Source of the DNA: Raillietiella orientalis | Lineage: Eukaryota | Length of the DNA stretch: 64,000 nucleotides | NCBI GenBank assembly: GCA_036172245.1 | Contig: JAYWIR010000014.1 | Location: forward strand, 1,364,001 to 1,428,000 | Reading direction: 5' to 3' | In this document: positions 63,120 through 64,000 of the stretch, in pieces | Numbering within the stretch: the stretch's first letter is position 1 | Layout: every line of letters begins with the position of its first letter | Notes under the pieces: generated by a model | Databases searched by the model: none | Told to the model about the DNA's origin: nothing | Seen by the model: the letters and a program-made list of their open reading frames with translations, nothing else | Made by a program: the position numbers and the translations under genes

Positions 63120-63180
63120 CGTTGCTGGAGGACTCTCCAGAAAGACCTTTCCTCGAAGGTGCAGCTCTGCCTCTCCATAC
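63120..63180 (-). repeat. Short fragment of the SINE-like body seen at 26065-26597
   Basis: CTGGAGGACTCTCCAGAAAGACCTTTCCTCG resembles CTGGAGGACCCTCCGCAAAGGACCCTCTCCTCG (~26147-26179). GAAGGTGCAGCTC is identical to ~26244-26256. Confidence 0.5.
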
Positions 63181-64000
63181 CTTTCCGCTTCCTTTCTGCT
63201 CCCTGAGAGCCCGGGGGGGAGCCAAAAGCTCCTCCAGGAACCCCCGCAGGGTAGAGAGAGGCGGCGGAACAACGAGAGGACGGATGCTTTCGCCATCGGA
63301 ACCGCCTGGGAAGAAAGGGGGCTGAAGAAACTTCCGTCTTCCCCGCCGGAGAGAGGGAATGGAGCAATCCCTCGGGAGACCGGATTAAGAGAGGCGTCTG
63401 GTTCTCACCCTCATCAGAGGTGGCCTGCCGGGGCGCACCGACTCTCCGCCTTCCTGGCCGCGGAGATCCGCGGGAACGGGCGTGGGTCAGGAGACTTCCC
63501 ATCTCCCTTACTGGAAGACCGCAAGGAGAGTGCGACGCACCACTCTCCCTTTCCCGCCAACCTCTTCCCCGCATCGAGCGCCTCTGTTCCACCCGCTTCC
63601 TGCCCTACCGGCGTTCGCGGCGAGATGCTTGCGCGTCCTTGCGCGACCTTCAAGGAGCCCGATATCCCCCCCCCCCACTCTTCCTGGAGATTTGCCTCCT
63701 CCTCCTCGCTCGCCCGCCCCCTTTTCCTTCGGCTGGCGAATCGGCCCTTCGTTCCCTCGAACACGGGAACGCGCCTCCACCTCCAGACTGCCGGCGAGCC
63801 CTTCCGTCGCCATGGAACCTCTACATTGTAACACTTCCCGGTGAACGAACCCTTGCGGCGGTCGCCGGGCTCCTTCAGCAGCCAGGCGGAACATCCCCCT
63901 CGTCTCCTTCGGGCTGCAGCCTCACGCGAAGACCGCTCGAGGCGGTAGTTCCACGTGGACATGAGCGATCCAGCGCCTCGACGAGCAATGGACGAACCCT

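Noticed and set aside
1..64000. CRISPR array, rRNA, or prokaryotic/viral operon
   Set aside because: No regularly spaced repeats, no rRNA signature and no gene-dense ORF organisation were seen.

Overview
Eukaryotic nuclear DNA, most likely an invertebrate animal (inferred from arthropod-like motifs in the Ddr and dynein relics and abundant CpG). I found no intact protein-coding gene; the long ORFs in the track are GC-rich or low-complexity shadows. Translating both strands by hand through stops and frameshifts shows a near-continuous mosaic of fossils. There are about a dozen decayed non-LTR retrotransposon (LINE) ORF2 relics of several clades, a Penelope-like RT relic, hAT transposase relics, a 235-bp hAT MITE, a tRNA-headed SINE-like repeat and a tRNA-Lys pseudogene. 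Most notable is a dense set of intronless, heavily decayed copies of cellular genes: a near full-length ERG/KCNH K+ channel, a near full-length cytoplasmic dynein intermediate chain, three different receptor tyrosine kinase domains, a p38/JNK-type MAPK and a tandem CH actin-binding domain, with weaker FERM, coiled-coil and fifth-kinase candidates. CpG-rich islands with long G/C homopolymers are interspersed, and several repeat copies differ from their siblings by changes that perfect local hairpins. All family assignments are manual motif matches to remembered family consensus sequences, not database searches. Relic boundaries are approximate (about +/-50-150 nt).
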